Of a stretch of 64,000 nucleotides of DNA, positions 10,328-19,819 are shown in pieces (position 1 is the stretch's first letter; the number at the start of each line of letters is the position of its first letter). The stretch is from the NCBI GenBank assembly GCA_046537845.1, contig JBKHKA010000002.1, positions 67,152 to 131,151 on the forward strand, in the 5' to 3' direction. This DNA is from Candidatus Aenigmatarchaeota archaeon (lineage in GTDB: Archaea > Thermoplasmatota > Thermoplasmata > Halarchaeoplasmatales > Halarchaeoplasmataceae). The notes beneath the pieces are model-generated. The model had not been told where the DNA came from. It saw only the letters and a list, made by a program, of their open reading frames with translations, and made no database searches. The position numbers and the translations under genes were made by a program.

Positions 10328-11530
10328 ATGTCTCCCGATCGCGATGACGACCTCAAAAAGATAAAGGGCGTTGGCCCCTCCATGGAGGAAAGGTTAAAGG
10401 AGACTCTGGAGATAGAAGGGATAAAAGATTTGCTGGAGCTCTCTAAAGAAGACCTGACCAAAGTTAAAGGTATAGGAGAAAAGACCGCCGAGAAGATGCT
10501 GAGTGATGCGGAAGACCTGATCAAAACATGCAGTGGATGTGGAAAGGAACTTATCGGGGACGAAACATGTGAGGAATGCCTTGAAGAACTAGAAGATGAT
10601 CTTGAGGGTTTGAAGGAAGAAGTGAAAGACCTAAACCCGCCTGAAGAAGTAGAAAAGAGGTTGGAAACAACTCTTTCAGATATAGAATCATATATAGATG
10701 AGAGAAACGTAGAGACAGGATTAGAGGCTATAGATTCTTTAAAAGAGGACATCAAAGGAACTATAATATTGTCAGAGCTTCTGGAAGAGATCGAAAAAAA
10801 GATAGATGAGAACTCCAGCTTCATAGATTTTTCCATATATAACAAAAAACTAGAGACCGTAGAAAATCTGTTTAAAAAAGGAAAGTATGAGAGAGCAAAG
10901 AAAAGAGCAGATAGGATCTTAGAGTATATAGAGGATGAAAAAGAACTATCCCTGTTGGATAGGAAGGAATTGAAGGACAAAGATATAACTGATTTCTGTA
11001 GAAGTGTTGCCGGAGTGAAATCTCTCACTGGAGAGAAGTTATACAAACAGGGTTACCACACGGTGAAAGAGGTCGGTAGTGCAGGTCAGATCTACTTGGT
11101 AGAGGATACAGGGATAGACGGTGAAGAGGCAGATGCACTCATCAAAAGGATAAAAGACTTTGCAGGAGACCTAGATTTCGATGTAGATAGAGAGGATCTA
11201 GGGAGAAAGGAAACCCCTGAAGAAGAGGGTGAAGCAGAAGAGGAAGAAGTATTCCTCGAGATCGAATCTCCAGAACAACTAAAAGAAAAAACAAAAGAGC
11301 AGGAAAAAAAGGAGAGAGGAAAACGGAGGGGTGATAGGCCCGACAAGATCCCTAAATCCAAACCTCAGTTACAGGTCGTCAAGCAGGAAGGGCTAACACA
11401 AAAGAAAAAGATGATCACAAAAGAAGAAGAGGGAGAAGAGAAACATAGAGTAGATAAAATATATTGGCTGCCTGCGGTTGTTTTGCCCCTTCTGTTCTTC
11501 TTAATCGCTCTCGTACTTTTTTTCCTTTGA
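10328..11530 (+). CDS. Hypothetical helix-hairpin-helix protein with Cys4 zinc ribbon and C-terminal membrane anchor
   Basis: Two HhH-like motifs (LKKIKGVGPSMEERL, LTKVKGIGEKTAEKML). CSGCG...CEEC zinc ribbon. E/K-rich linker. C-terminal TM segment WLPAVVLPLLFFLIALVLFFL. TATA-like atttatata at 10292-10300 sits ~28 nt before ATG 10328, suggesting a leaderless start rather than GTG 10319. Confidence 0.7.
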   Translation: MSPDRDDDLKKIKGVGPSMEERLKETLEIEGIKDLLELSKEDLTKVKGIGEKTAEKMLSDAEDLIKTCSGCGKELIGDETCEECLEELEDDLEGLKEEVKDLNPPEEVEKRLETTLSDIESYIDERNVETGLEAIDSLKEDIKGTIILSELLEEIEKKIDENSSFIDFSIYNKKLETVENLFKKGKYERAKKRADRILEYIEDEKELSLLDRKELKDKDITDFCRSVAGVKSLTGEKLYKQGYHTVKEVGSAGQIYLVEDTGIDGEEADALIKRIKDFAGDLDFDVDREDLGRKETPEEEGEAEEEEVFLEIESPEQLKEKTKEQEKKERGKRRGDRPDKIPKSKPQLQVVKQEGLTQKKKMITKEEEGEEKHRVDKIYWLPAVVLPLLFFLIALVLFFL

Positions 11531-11535
11531 CTTAC

Positions 11536-12471
11536 TCATAGTTCCCTTTCTATCTTGCCTCGGGCAGCGTTTATGACCACTATTCCATCCGTGCCTTCGA
11601 CCGCCCACATCGGTACATAGATCATGCCCCTCTTTTGTATCTTGATATCTTCTTCCGAAGGCTGTACATATTCTTTTTCAACTATGGTTGTACCGTCTTC
11701 TTCCCATCTTTTTTCTTTCTTTTCAGCGAACTGATTTTTGATAGAACTGAGAGCTCTCTTGAGGCTCTCCTTCTGCGAGATGTTGGGCTCCAGTTTGACA
11801 TGAGATCTCTTTATCTCGTGTATGCTCTCGAAAGGCTGTTCCCAAAAATTAGCTTCGCCTGACACCGCATTGAGATATATCTTACCATCGACGGTTTCAC
11901 TTTCTTTCTTTACCTCGTAATCAAAAAGGTAGTGTGGAACGAGTTCTAATGTGTATTTGAAACCCTTCGCCAGTTTTTCACCTAATTCCGAAACCTCTTC
12001 GAAATCGATTATCGGAGCCAATATCCTCTCTCCCCCACGGTGCTCTATATCGAAATCGAATTCTTCTGCAGGTCCCTTTATACCTCCTTCTCCCTCGCTC
12101 ACTCCCTCTAAAAAAGATTTTTCTAGCATCATATCGCCAAATCTGTTGGTTAACTCCTTTCGATCCCATATCTCCACATCGTCTGGGATCGAACTCAATA
12201 CGCTTTTGGAGGGCTCCTCGGTAACCACCAACACAGTCTTTTCTTCCGATTCTTCGAGATTGAGAAGATTATCTTCATTGACCACTGCGCCGGCCACCAC
12301 TAGGGTGATCCTTTCAGTCTTCTTTTCCTGTAGTTCTACCTGTTCCTCGGATTCTGAGCCGTATTCACTTCCTACCTCTCTTTCTACTACTATCTTTCCC
12401 TCCTGACTCTGGACCGGTTCGTAGCCGTCGTATCTAAGGTATTCTATCAAGAGTTCGTAGAAGTCTTTCAC
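11536..12471 (-). CDS. Hypothetical acidic protein
   Basis: 311-codon ORF with composition like neighbouring genes. The antisense ORFs are low-complexity. No motif I can name. Confidence 0.6.
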   Translation of the reverse strand: MKDFYELLIEYLRYDGYEPVQSQEGKIVVEREVGSEYGSESEEQVELQEKKTERITLVVAGAVVNEDNLLNLEESEEKTVLVVTEEPSKSVLSSIPDDVEIWDRKELTNRFGDMMLEKSFLEGVSEGEGGIKGPAEEFDFDIEHRGGERILAPIIDFEEVSELGEKLAKGFKYTLELVPHYLFDYEVKKESETVDGKIYLNAVSGEANFWEQPFESIHEIKRSHVKLEPNISQKESLKRALSSIKNQFAEKKEKRWEEDGTTIVEKEYVQPSEEDIKIQKRGMIYVPMWAVEGTDGIVVINAARGKIEREL

Positions 12472-12545
12472 AGTGCATCATCTCAAGCTTTTCTCTTAGA
12501 TTTCCAAGATATTTCTTCCATTTAAATCTATTTATTGGGCTATTT

Positions 12546-13373
12546 TCACCTTTCCAAAACCGCCTGAGCCATGTTTCTGTTATCTGCAGAAGCTACGCCG
12601 CGTTCGTTGACCGCGATAAGACCGAGAGAATGTTCTTCTGGGAAATCGTTTACAGGTATCTGGCACGCATCTTCTAAACTGTGTTCAGCGATAAGGTCGT
12701 GGCATCTTTTTGAAGAGAGCCGCTTTATTATCTCTTCGCCTTTGCCAGTGGCTACCACGGCTCCGTATTCTCCGACGTAAAGTCCACTGCCCAGCAGAGG
12801 GCTGTCTCCAATACGACCTCTGATGCAGTAGCTGGCACCGCCTGTAGAAACCGCTGCAGCGACCTTTCCGTTCTCGTATGCTACACAGCCCACTGTCCCA
12901 CTCTGGATCTTGTCGTAGAATTCTCTGATCTCTTTTATCTTCCTTTCGTCCTCCACTTTCAATCTTTCTCTCTTCTTTTCCAGCTCTTCTTCTCTTTTTT
13001 CGGTTTTTAGCTCTGCAGTTTTCAGCCCGTGCTTTTTCGCTATATCGGTTGCGGGTTTTCCCGCTAAAAGCATATAAGGAGAATCGTGGACTATCTCCGC
13101 CGCTCGGATCGGATTAGCGATCTCTTCTACGCACGCTACAGCCCCGAAGTCCTCTTCGGACTGTACTGCGGCATCCATCTGTATAGAACCGTCCAATCTC
13201 AACTTAGAACCGGTACCCGCGTTGAACTTCGGATCATTCTCAAGCTCTTCTACCACAGCTATCACGGCTTCAAAGGCCGACATCCCGTTCTCATAACCTC
13301 TTTCGACCGCTGCCTGTACCCTTTCATCTTTCTCTCTAGGACTCCCAACACCACCATGTGCTATCAATCTCAT
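12546..13373 (-). CDS. Isoaspartyl peptidase / plant-type L-asparaginase (Ntn hydrolase, Asparaginase_2 family)
   Basis: HGGVGSP N-terminus. Autoprocessing-site context SGTVGCVA. STGGASYCIRGRIGDSPLLGSGLY and ATGKGEEI blocks are typical of the family. Confidence 0.8.
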   Translation of the reverse strand: MRLIAHGGVGSPREKDERVQAAVERGYENGMSAFEAVIAVVEELENDPKFNAGTGSKLRLDGSIQMDAAVQSEEDFGAVACVEEIANPIRAAEIVHDSPYMLLAGKPATDIAKKHGLKTAELKTEKREEELEKKRERLKVEDERKIKEIREFYDKIQSGTVGCVAYENGKVAAAVSTGGASYCIRGRIGDSPLLGSGLYVGEYGAVVATGKGEEIIKRLSSKRCHDLIAEHSLEDACQIPVNDFPEEHSLGLIAVNERGVASADNRNMAQAVLER

Positions 13374-13466
13374 AGTGCTCCATCATCACGTGGTTAATTA
13401 TTGTTTTGGAGTTTTTTGAATTCTGATAAGAAAAGATTTATATGGCCCCAAAATAAAACCTTCATC

Positions 13467-13853
13467 ATGCATGAATACTCGGTGATGAGCCAGTTGATGT
13501 CCGCTCTTCTCGATGAATTGGAGGATGAGAAGGAGAATATAGGAGATATAAAAGAGGTGCGTATCGAAGTGGGAGAACTCACTTTCCTGGGGGAGATGCA
13601 GTTGAAGTTCGCCTTCGAAGCGCTCAGTAAAGAAACCATCGTGGAAGGTGCAGAGCTGAAAGTCATGAAGATAGAGTCAAAGGTCAGATGTGATGAATGC
13701 GGATACGAAGGCGGTATAGACTACACCGAGGATCCCGCTTTTCACTACAACGTTCCGGTGATCTCCTGCCCTGAGTGTGGTTCAAAACCGGAGATTATAA
13801 AAGGAAGAGAAACAAAAATAGTGGGAGTGACCGCCGTAGAGAAGGAGGAATAA
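13467..13853 (+). CDS. hypA: Hydrogenase nickel-insertion protein HypA
   Basis: Canonical MHEYS N-terminus at ATG 13467; the ORF-track start at 13401 is an upstream extension. Zn site CDECG...CPECG. Confidence 0.85.
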   Translation: MHEYSVMSQLMSALLDELEDEKENIGDIKEVRIEVGELTFLGEMQLKFAFEALSKETIVEGAELKVMKIESKVRCDECGYEGGIDYTEDPAFHYNVPVISCPECGSKPEIIKGRETKIVGVTAVEKEE

Positions 13854-13854
13854 G

Positions 13855-14946
13855 ATGGAACCAGATCTAGAACAATTCAAGTTCAGGGATGAGGAAAAAG
13901 CTAGAAAGATACTCGATAAGATCGAAGCAGCCAATAGAGAAATAAAGCTTATGCACGTCTGTGGAACACACCAAGATACTCTTGTGAGGCACGGTTTAGA
14001 GCCTCTGCTAGAAGAAGTGGGGGTGGAGATAGTTCAGGGACCGGGCTGCCCTGTCTGCGTCACCACCCAGAGGGAGATAGAAGAGATGATAAAGCTCGCG
14101 GAAGAGGGAGTGACTGTAGCCATCTTTGGTGATATGATGAACGTACCCGGGGAGAAAAGGAAGCTCTCGGATGTTAGAACGGAAGGAGGTGAGGTGAAGA
14201 TCGTTTACAGCGTGGATGATGCGGTAAAGATGGCAGAAAATAGGGATGACGAAGTGGTGTTCATCTCGGTTGGATTCGAAACCACGGTCCCTTCCACCGC
14301 CAACGTGGTAGCCAATGAACCTCCTTCTAATTTCAGTATACTCACCTGCAATCGCGTCATACCTCCCGCCCTTGAAGCCGTGATGGAGATGGGAGAAGTG
14401 GACCTTGACGGGTTGATAGAACCGGGACATGTAAGCACTATCATCGGCACTGAACCTTATCAGTTCTTATCGGAGCGGTACAACATACCTCAGGTGGTCG
14501 CCGGTTTCGAACCTCTCGATCTTTTGCTCGCGGTTTGGATGCTCCTAAAACAGGTCCGGGAAGGCAGGAGCGAGGTGGAAAATGAATATGGTAGGGTCGT
14601 GAAAGAAGAAGGTAATCTCAAAGCACAGAAGATCATAGAAGATGTCTTCAAGCCCAAGGACGTGAAGTGGAGAGGGTTTCCCGAGATACCGAAGTCCGGC
14701 TTGAAGCTGAGAAAAAAATACGGAAATTACGAAGCTAGGGAGAAATTTTCTGATATATTGGAACCTTTGGCGAACAGAGAGTTCGAGGAGCCCGAAGGAT
14801 GCCTGTGCGGCGAGGTCCTTCGAGGGATAATAAAGTCCACAGAGTGCCCTCTCTTTGGCGAGGAATGCGTCCCCAGTAATCCTGTCGGGCCTTGTATGGT
14901 CAGCAGAGAAGGGGCCTGTAATATCGAGTACAGGTACTCTGATTGA
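13855..14946 (+). CDS. hypD: Hydrogenase maturation protein HypD
   Basis: MHVCGTHQDT and GPGCPVCVT motifs. C-terminal Cys cluster CLCGEVL...CPLFGEEC...GPCMVSREGAC. Starts 2 nt after the hypA stop. Confidence 0.9.
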   Translation: MEPDLEQFKFRDEEKARKILDKIEAANREIKLMHVCGTHQDTLVRHGLEPLLEEVGVEIVQGPGCPVCVTTQREIEEMIKLAEEGVTVAIFGDMMNVPGEKRKLSDVRTEGGEVKIVYSVDDAVKMAENRDDEVVFISVGFETTVPSTANVVANEPPSNFSILTCNRVIPPALEAVMEMGEVDLDGLIEPGHVSTIIGTEPYQFLSERYNIPQVVAGFEPLDLLLAVWMLLKQVREGRSEVENEYGRVVKEEGNLKAQKIIEDVFKPKDVKWRGFPEIPKSGLKLRKKYGNYEAREKFSDILEPLANREFEEPEGCLCGEVLRGIIKSTECPLFGEECVPSNPVGPCMVSREGACNIEYRYSD

Positions 14947-15020
14947 ATCGACCGTGAGTGGACTGCTCTCTAACTTTCCGAGACCTAAGATTTAATAGAG
15001 CCCCCCCTCTACCTTTCGCC

Positions 15021-15917
15021 GTGGGACGAATCAGAGCTTTTCTAGAGATAAGCAGATGGAGGATACAACTGGTCTCTTTAGCCACTATACTATTGGGCCC
15101 TCTTTACGCAGCAGAAACCATCTCCCCTTTACTAAACGTCGACCTATTACTCTTCGGTACCTTGTTCTTCCTCACGGTCACCTTTGCCTGCAACATAAAC
15201 TGCTATCATGATAGAGATGTGGACGCGCTCAAGAAGAAGCATCTGGCCAGGTCCATAGACACTTTAGGGACTTCTACGGTAAAAAACCTGATGATCCTAG
15301 AGAGTTTGGTCGTTTTCGCCTTGATCCTATATTTCTTACTCAAAGGACACTTTACCGTAGCTCTATTATCTTCCATAGGATGGGCCTTCGGTTACCTCTA
15401 TTCCGCGCCGCCTATCCGCTTAAAGAATAAAGGTCTCTTGGGGCCTATACCGGTCAATCTAGGAGTTTACGTACTTCCTATACTAGCGGGTCATCTTCTC
15501 ATAGATCTAGACATCTCTGCAACATTTCTTCTGTTCATAGTCGGATACGTCCTGCTAAACCTCGGGATAAATCTGGTAAACGTGGCCGAAGACTACGAAG
15601 TCGATAGGAGGAGTAAGATCACCACTGCGGCACATAAATTGGGCTTGAAGAGAACGATAGGGGCCGCATCATCGACTTCTTCGATAGGTGGTGCCGTTGT
15701 TCTTATCACTCTATATACTCATGTAAAAGACTTCTATACAGGTTTATTTTTCCTGATGGCTCTGATCGCCGTCCTCTTCACCGTTGTAGACGTAACTTCT
15801 ATACTCTTTTCCAACGATCTGCACAAAGAGGCGCAAAAGAAAGGCAAAAGACTACCTATCTATTTCATCTCCACTCGATATCCGATGGTCTTTCTATTAC
15901 TTTTCGCTCTCTTGTGA
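15021..15917 (+). CDS. UbiA-family prenyltransferase, specificity unknown (paralog of the DGGGP synthase at 42692)
   Basis: Polytopic membrane protein with Asp-rich motifs NINCYHDRDVDALKK and VAEDYEVDRRSK. Start is uncertain: GTG 15021 lies ~25 nt after TATA-like tttaatag (14991-14998), and the ORF track begins at GTG 14958. Confidence 0.65.
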   Translation: MGRIRAFLEISRWRIQLVSLATILLGPLYAAETISPLLNVDLLLFGTLFFLTVTFACNINCYHDRDVDALKKKHLARSIDTLGTSTVKNLMILESLVVFALILYFLLKGHFTVALLSSIGWAFGYLYSAPPIRLKNKGLLGPIPVNLGVYVLPILAGHLLIDLDISATFLLFIVGYVLLNLGINLVNVAEDYEVDRRSKITTAAHKLGLKRTIGAASSTSSIGGAVVLITLYTHVKDFYTGLFFLMALIAVLFTVVDVTSILFSNDLHKEAQKKGKRLPIYFISTRYPMVFLLLFALL

Positions 15918-15921
15918 TCGG

Positions 15922-17004
15922 TCATTTTCGGATCAATTTTCTGTAATAATCCGGTAACTTATCCTCCGTATTGTTCAAAGCGAGGCATCCGCAGATGGGT
16001 TCTGAATATTCGGAATTCATCTCATTCCATATCTCTTTTATATCATCCTCATAGATGTTGCCCCACTCTTCACGAAGCATGTCGCAGGGAAAAACTTCTC
16101 CTCTCTCTGAGATATGTATCCTGTTGTATCCAGCGGTACAGCCCATGAACTCTTCACTGTCCATGAAAGGTCCGGATATTATCCTCGGATAATCTTTCCT
16201 CTTCCTGGCGACTTTTTGTATCTCTTTAAGATACTCCCTTTCGTCTTCCTCCAACATCTTGTCTTTCTCACTCAAGATAGGTTCGAATATCGCCACGTCG
16301 GTCACACCTTTCTTTTTAACGTATCTGAGATATCGGTCCAGATCGGATATCTTCTCGGATGTCACTACGATCCATGACCCGGTCAGCATGCCCGCCTCAC
16401 GAACATTTTCGATGCTCTTCAGACTTCGTCTATGAGCTCCTTCACATCCCATCGTCCTATCGTTCTTTTCCTCCCCATGATGCTCCAAAGCTACAAGGAC
16501 GCCCTGGCATCCGGCTTCTTTCAAGCTTTTCGCTCTTTCTTCATCCACTAGCCCCGGAGTCGACACTAGAGCTATAGAAGGATCTCCGGTAGCTCTTATC
16601 AATTCTTCAAGGTCGTCTCTAAGAAGAGGATTTCCACCGGTGAATAGGAACTGAAAGGTCCCTAATTCTTTCAGTCCTTCTATAGCGTCTAAAACCACTT
16701 CTGTATCAAGATCTTCTCTTTCTCCCGGAGTATTGCAGTGCCAGCAGTTGTTCTCGCATCCGCTGGTCAACGATATATTGACTATCTCCGGTACTGGTTT
16801 ACCCTTAGAAGCTTTTATCTGTGCGTCTAAAAAGGTATCGAATGCCTCAGAAGGAAAGAGTGGAAGGTAAATAGACAATACTTTTTTACCCTCTATCTTT
16901 TGAAGATTGTCCGACCTACCCAGACTGAAGTAATGTCTGAAGATGAAGAGCTTGAATCGGAATGGAAGAGCTCTCACTTTTTTATTCAGGAGCAGTTTAA
17001 ACAT
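15922..17004 (-). CDS. Radical SAM enzyme with SPASM/twitch-like C-terminal Cys cluster
   Basis: CxxxCxxC as SGCENNCWHCN. GGNPLL glycine-rich SAM motif. C-terminal CTAGYNRIHISERGEVFPCDML...EPICGCLAL. Last gene of the minus-strand operon, 4-nt gap from the upstream gene. Confidence 0.85.
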   Translation of the reverse strand: MFKLLLNKKVRALPFRFKLFIFRHYFSLGRSDNLQKIEGKKVLSIYLPLFPSEAFDTFLDAQIKASKGKPVPEIVNISLTSGCENNCWHCNTPGEREDLDTEVVLDAIEGLKELGTFQFLFTGGNPLLRDDLEELIRATGDPSIALVSTPGLVDEERAKSLKEAGCQGVLVALEHHGEEKNDRTMGCEGAHRRSLKSIENVREAGMLTGSWIVVTSEKISDLDRYLRYVKKKGVTDVAIFEPILSEKDKMLEEDEREYLKEIQKVARKRKDYPRIISGPFMDSEEFMGCTAGYNRIHISERGEVFPCDMLREEWGNIYEDDIKEIWNEMNSEYSEPICGCLALNNTEDKLPDYYRKLIRK

Positions 17005-17008
17005 GATC

Positions 17009-18178
17009 TTAGACCTCTAAAGTAAGATCCTTTCCATGGATCAACTTTTCTATTGTTGCGTCTACATCACCCAATTCTTCTCTTATCTCTCCCAAGGTGT
17101 GTTCTCCGTCACATAGTTGAAGTAAACTTACATTTCTCTCGCTGTACTCCAGTTCACATTCTCTGAAGACGATCTTACCATCTTCGATCTCGTAATCGGC
17201 CAGCAGCTTTGGACGATAATGGTCTTCTAACTCGGGGATCTCGAAATAAGTGGGTTCTCCATCCTGATGTATCGGATAGAACGCAAACACCGGAGCCTCT
17301 TGGCCGAACTTTTTACTGTAAACGTACCTGTAACTCTCCAAACCGGCGGTGGTACCTTCTCCTACCGCCTTGGCGATGGAAAACGGCGGTCCCGCGACAT
17401 CTCCCGCTGCGAACAGTCCTTCCTTCACTCTACAGCGTTTATCCGTCTTTATGAAACCTCTCTCGTCTTTTTCACAGTCCACTAGGTCTGCGGTGATAGC
17501 GCCTAACTGGTAAGATTCGAAGTCGATCAAGACGTGATCTCCGTGGATCTCATCATCTTCAGTAACTACAACGATCCCATCGTCTTTCTCTTCATAGCCT
17601 CGTATATTCTTTCCGTGGTCGATGACTTTTTTGATCTCCATACGTCCTTGATTTATCTTCTCAAAGAGCTCCAAAGTCCTATCTAACTTTTCCGTGCCCA
17701 CGAATATGATGGTTTTACCCTCTTCCGTTTCACACAGCTCTTCAAAATGATCTTCCATGAACCGGTATCCCTTCAAGGTGCCGAACAATTTACCTCCAAA
17801 ATGATCACTTTCGTTCCAAGTCATCTTCATCCCCGTGGCGATGATCACCGCTAGAGAGGTATATTCTCCTTTATCCGTTACCACGGTGAAGGTTTCGCCA
17901 TCATCTTTAACCTTCAACACTTTTTCTTTTTTGACCGGTATAGAGTAATCTTCTATGTCGCTCATCAGTTTGTCTATGATCTCACCCTTTTCATGACTCC
18001 AGCCGTCTCCGGTCATCCTCACCTTCGTCCAATCCGCAAGGCCGCCGGGAGACGTGTTCGTTATCATCATAACGCTGGAAGAGTGCAGATTATAGGTACG
18101 TACTCTTCTCGCTCTCACCGCGGCCGAGAGGCCTGCTGGTCCTCCTCCTACAACGATAACGTCGCTATCGTACATCAT
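17009..18178 (-). CDS. TrxR-fold FAD-dependent oxidoreductase fused to a C-terminal PqqD-like (RRE-type) domain
   Basis: N-terminal dinucleotide motif DVIVVGGGPAGLSAA. C-terminal FAD motif GLFAAGDVAG. No CxxC redox pair and no second GxGxxG by eye. The last ~60 aa, ...NVSLLQLCDGEHTLGEIREELG...IEKLIHGKDL, resemble the PqqD consensus. Confidence 0.75.
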   Translation of the reverse strand: MMYDSDVIVVGGGPAGLSAAVRARRVRTYNLHSSSVMMITNTSPGGLADWTKVRMTGDGWSHEKGEIIDKLMSDIEDYSIPVKKEKVLKVKDDGETFTVVTDKGEYTSLAVIIATGMKMTWNESDHFGGKLFGTLKGYRFMEDHFEELCETEEGKTIIFVGTEKLDRTLELFEKINQGRMEIKKVIDHGKNIRGYEEKDDGIVVVTEDDEIHGDHVLIDFESYQLGAITADLVDCEKDERGFIKTDKRCRVKEGLFAAGDVAGPPFSIAKAVGEGTTAGLESYRYVYSKKFGQEAPVFAFYPIHQDGEPTYFEIPELEDHYRPKLLADYEIEDGKIVFRECELEYSERNVSLLQLCDGEHTLGEIREELGDVDATIEKLIHGKDLTLEV

Positions 18179-18638
18179 TTTCCCCTGAACTGATGTTGGA
18201 CTTTATTATATTTACCATCCGTGGAGGAAAAGCCTCGGAAGAAAGTTCTTCCCCGTCCTCTAAAACTACTAAACCTTTCTTCGGATACACCTCTAACGTA
18301 TCTTTCTCACTCACTTTATCTATTACACCTTCAACTTCCAAAGGCCAGATACCTCTGTTAACGCAGTTCCTGAACATGTAGCGGGAAAAACTTTCTGCTA
18401 TGACCACTCTTATACCGGACAACTGGATCGCCCATGCACCGCTCTCTCTACCGGATCCCATACCAATGTATCTTCCAGCGACTATGACGTCATCTTCTTC
18501 AACGGTCTCGTAAAACCCAGGCTCAATACCGGCCATCAGTCCTTTAACCACTCTCTCAGGGTCTAGTGAAAAATACTTCCCGGGATGTATCTCATCCAAG
18601 GTGATATCGTCCCCAAAGACTCTAGCTCTACATCTCAT
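18165..18638 (-). CDS. Aconitase-family small subunit (LeuD/HacB-like)
   Basis: GMGSGRESGAWAIQLSGIRVVIAESFSRYMFRNCVNRGIWPLE matches the LeuD-type swivel-domain pattern. ATGA overlap with the upstream large subunit. Confidence 0.8.
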   Translation of the reverse strand: MRCRARVFGDDITLDEIHPGKYFSLDPERVVKGLMAGIEPGFYETVEEDDVIVAGRYIGMGSGRESGAWAIQLSGIRVVIAESFSRYMFRNCVNRGIWPLEVEGVIDKVSEKDTLEVYPKKGLVVLEDGEELSSEAFPPRMVNIIKSNISSGENDVR

Positions 18639-19819
18639 CTTCCCACCTCCTGTGGGATAACACCCTCAAGAGCGGAAAGAGCACACACCTCTGCACCTGC
18701 AAGATACACTTCGCCTTCGCCCATCCTTCCGGGATAATTTCTGTTCTGAGTGGTAATACAGGTTTCCCCTTCAGCGAGTAAACCCTTGTCTATGCCGGGA
18801 CAGGGCCCGCAGCTCGGGTTCAACATAACAGCGCCAGCTTTCACCAAAGTCTCTATGATCCCTTCTTTCAGAGCTTTCTCATGTATGCGTTTAGAAGCCG
18901 GAGTTACAAGGAGCCTTACGTCTGGGTGTACCTTTTCATCTTCCAATATTTCAGCTGTCTTTCTCAGATCGCTCAACCTCCCGCTGGCACAGGAACCGAT
19001 GAAGATTTGATCTATGCTTTTACCCGAGACTTTAGAAAGCGTTTTTACGTTATACGGTTTGTGTGGTACCGCTACCAATGGTTCTTTGACCGATATATCT
19101 ACTCTTTCCACGCACTGTTCTTCTTCCGTTAAAGGTATATCTACATCACTCTTCATACCGAAATTTTCAAGATATCTTCTCGTTATCTCGTCCGGCGGAA
19201 AAAAAGCAACTTTTGCTCCACTTTCGGCGGCCATGTTGGCTATTGTTAACCTATCATCCATATCTAAACCGACTTTATCTACGAACTCTATTGTCTTATA
19301 ATTGGCATCGTATCTTATCTTCTTCAACATCGAGAGAGCTATGTCAGTTCCGTCTTTTCCTTCTGAGATCTCAACACGAACGGTCTCCGGGACTCTGAAC
19401 CACGTCTTTCCCCTCTTAAGGATCTCAACCGTATCACTGGAACCGAAGCCTATACCGAAAGATCCAAGGGCACCATAGGTGGTTGAATGACTATCTATCC
19501 CCGCTACAAGTTCTCCAGGTAACGCTCTACCTTCACACATCACCTGGTGACAGATCCCTTGGAATTCGACGTGATCCATGATACCTTTCTCATCCACGAA
19601 CTCTCTCAACTGCTTGACAAAATTTGCTCTTTCTACAGTACTCGGAGGACAAAAATGATCGACCACGCTTGTCACTTTATCTGGATCCCATATCTCTTCT
19701 CCTTCCATATCGTCGAAGATCAAAGGAGCGTTACCGTCGTGGAGCATCACCCTGTCCACTTCTCTTACCACGTACTCTCCTTCCTCTCCTCCGAAAAAAC
19801 GTTCCGATACAGTGGTCAT
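18635..19819 (-). CDS. Aconitase-family large subunit (LeuC/HacA-like)
   Basis: GIDSHSTTYGALG, IGSCASGRLSDL and NPSCGPCPG motifs, supplying three Fe-S Cys ligands. ATGA overlap with the upstream synthase. Confidence 0.85.
   Translation of the reverse strand: MTTVSERFFGGEEGEYVVREVDRVMLHDGNAPLIFDDMEGEEIWDPDKVTSVVDHFCPPSTVERANFVKQLREFVDEKGIMDHVEFQGICHQVMCEGRALPGELVAGIDSHSTTYGALGSFGIGFGSSDTVEILKRGKTWFRVPETVRVEISEGKDGTDIALSMLKKIRYDANYKTIEFVDKVGLDMDDRLTIANMAAESGAKVAFFPPDEITRRYLENFGMKSDVDIPLTEEEQCVERVDISVKEPLVAVPHKPYNVKTLSKVSGKSIDQIFIGSCASGRLSDLRKTAEILEDEKVHPDVRLLVTPASKRIHEKALKEGIIETLVKAGAVMLNPSCGPCPGIDKGLLAEGETCITTQNRNYPGRMGEGEVYLAGAEVCALSALEGVIPQEVGR

Noticed and set aside
10306-11046. 246-aa Ser-rich minus-strand ORF
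   Set aside because: It is a low-complexity antisense shadow of the E/K/L-rich HhH gene on the plus strand. The plus-strand product has real motifs (HhH, zinc ribbon, TM anchor).
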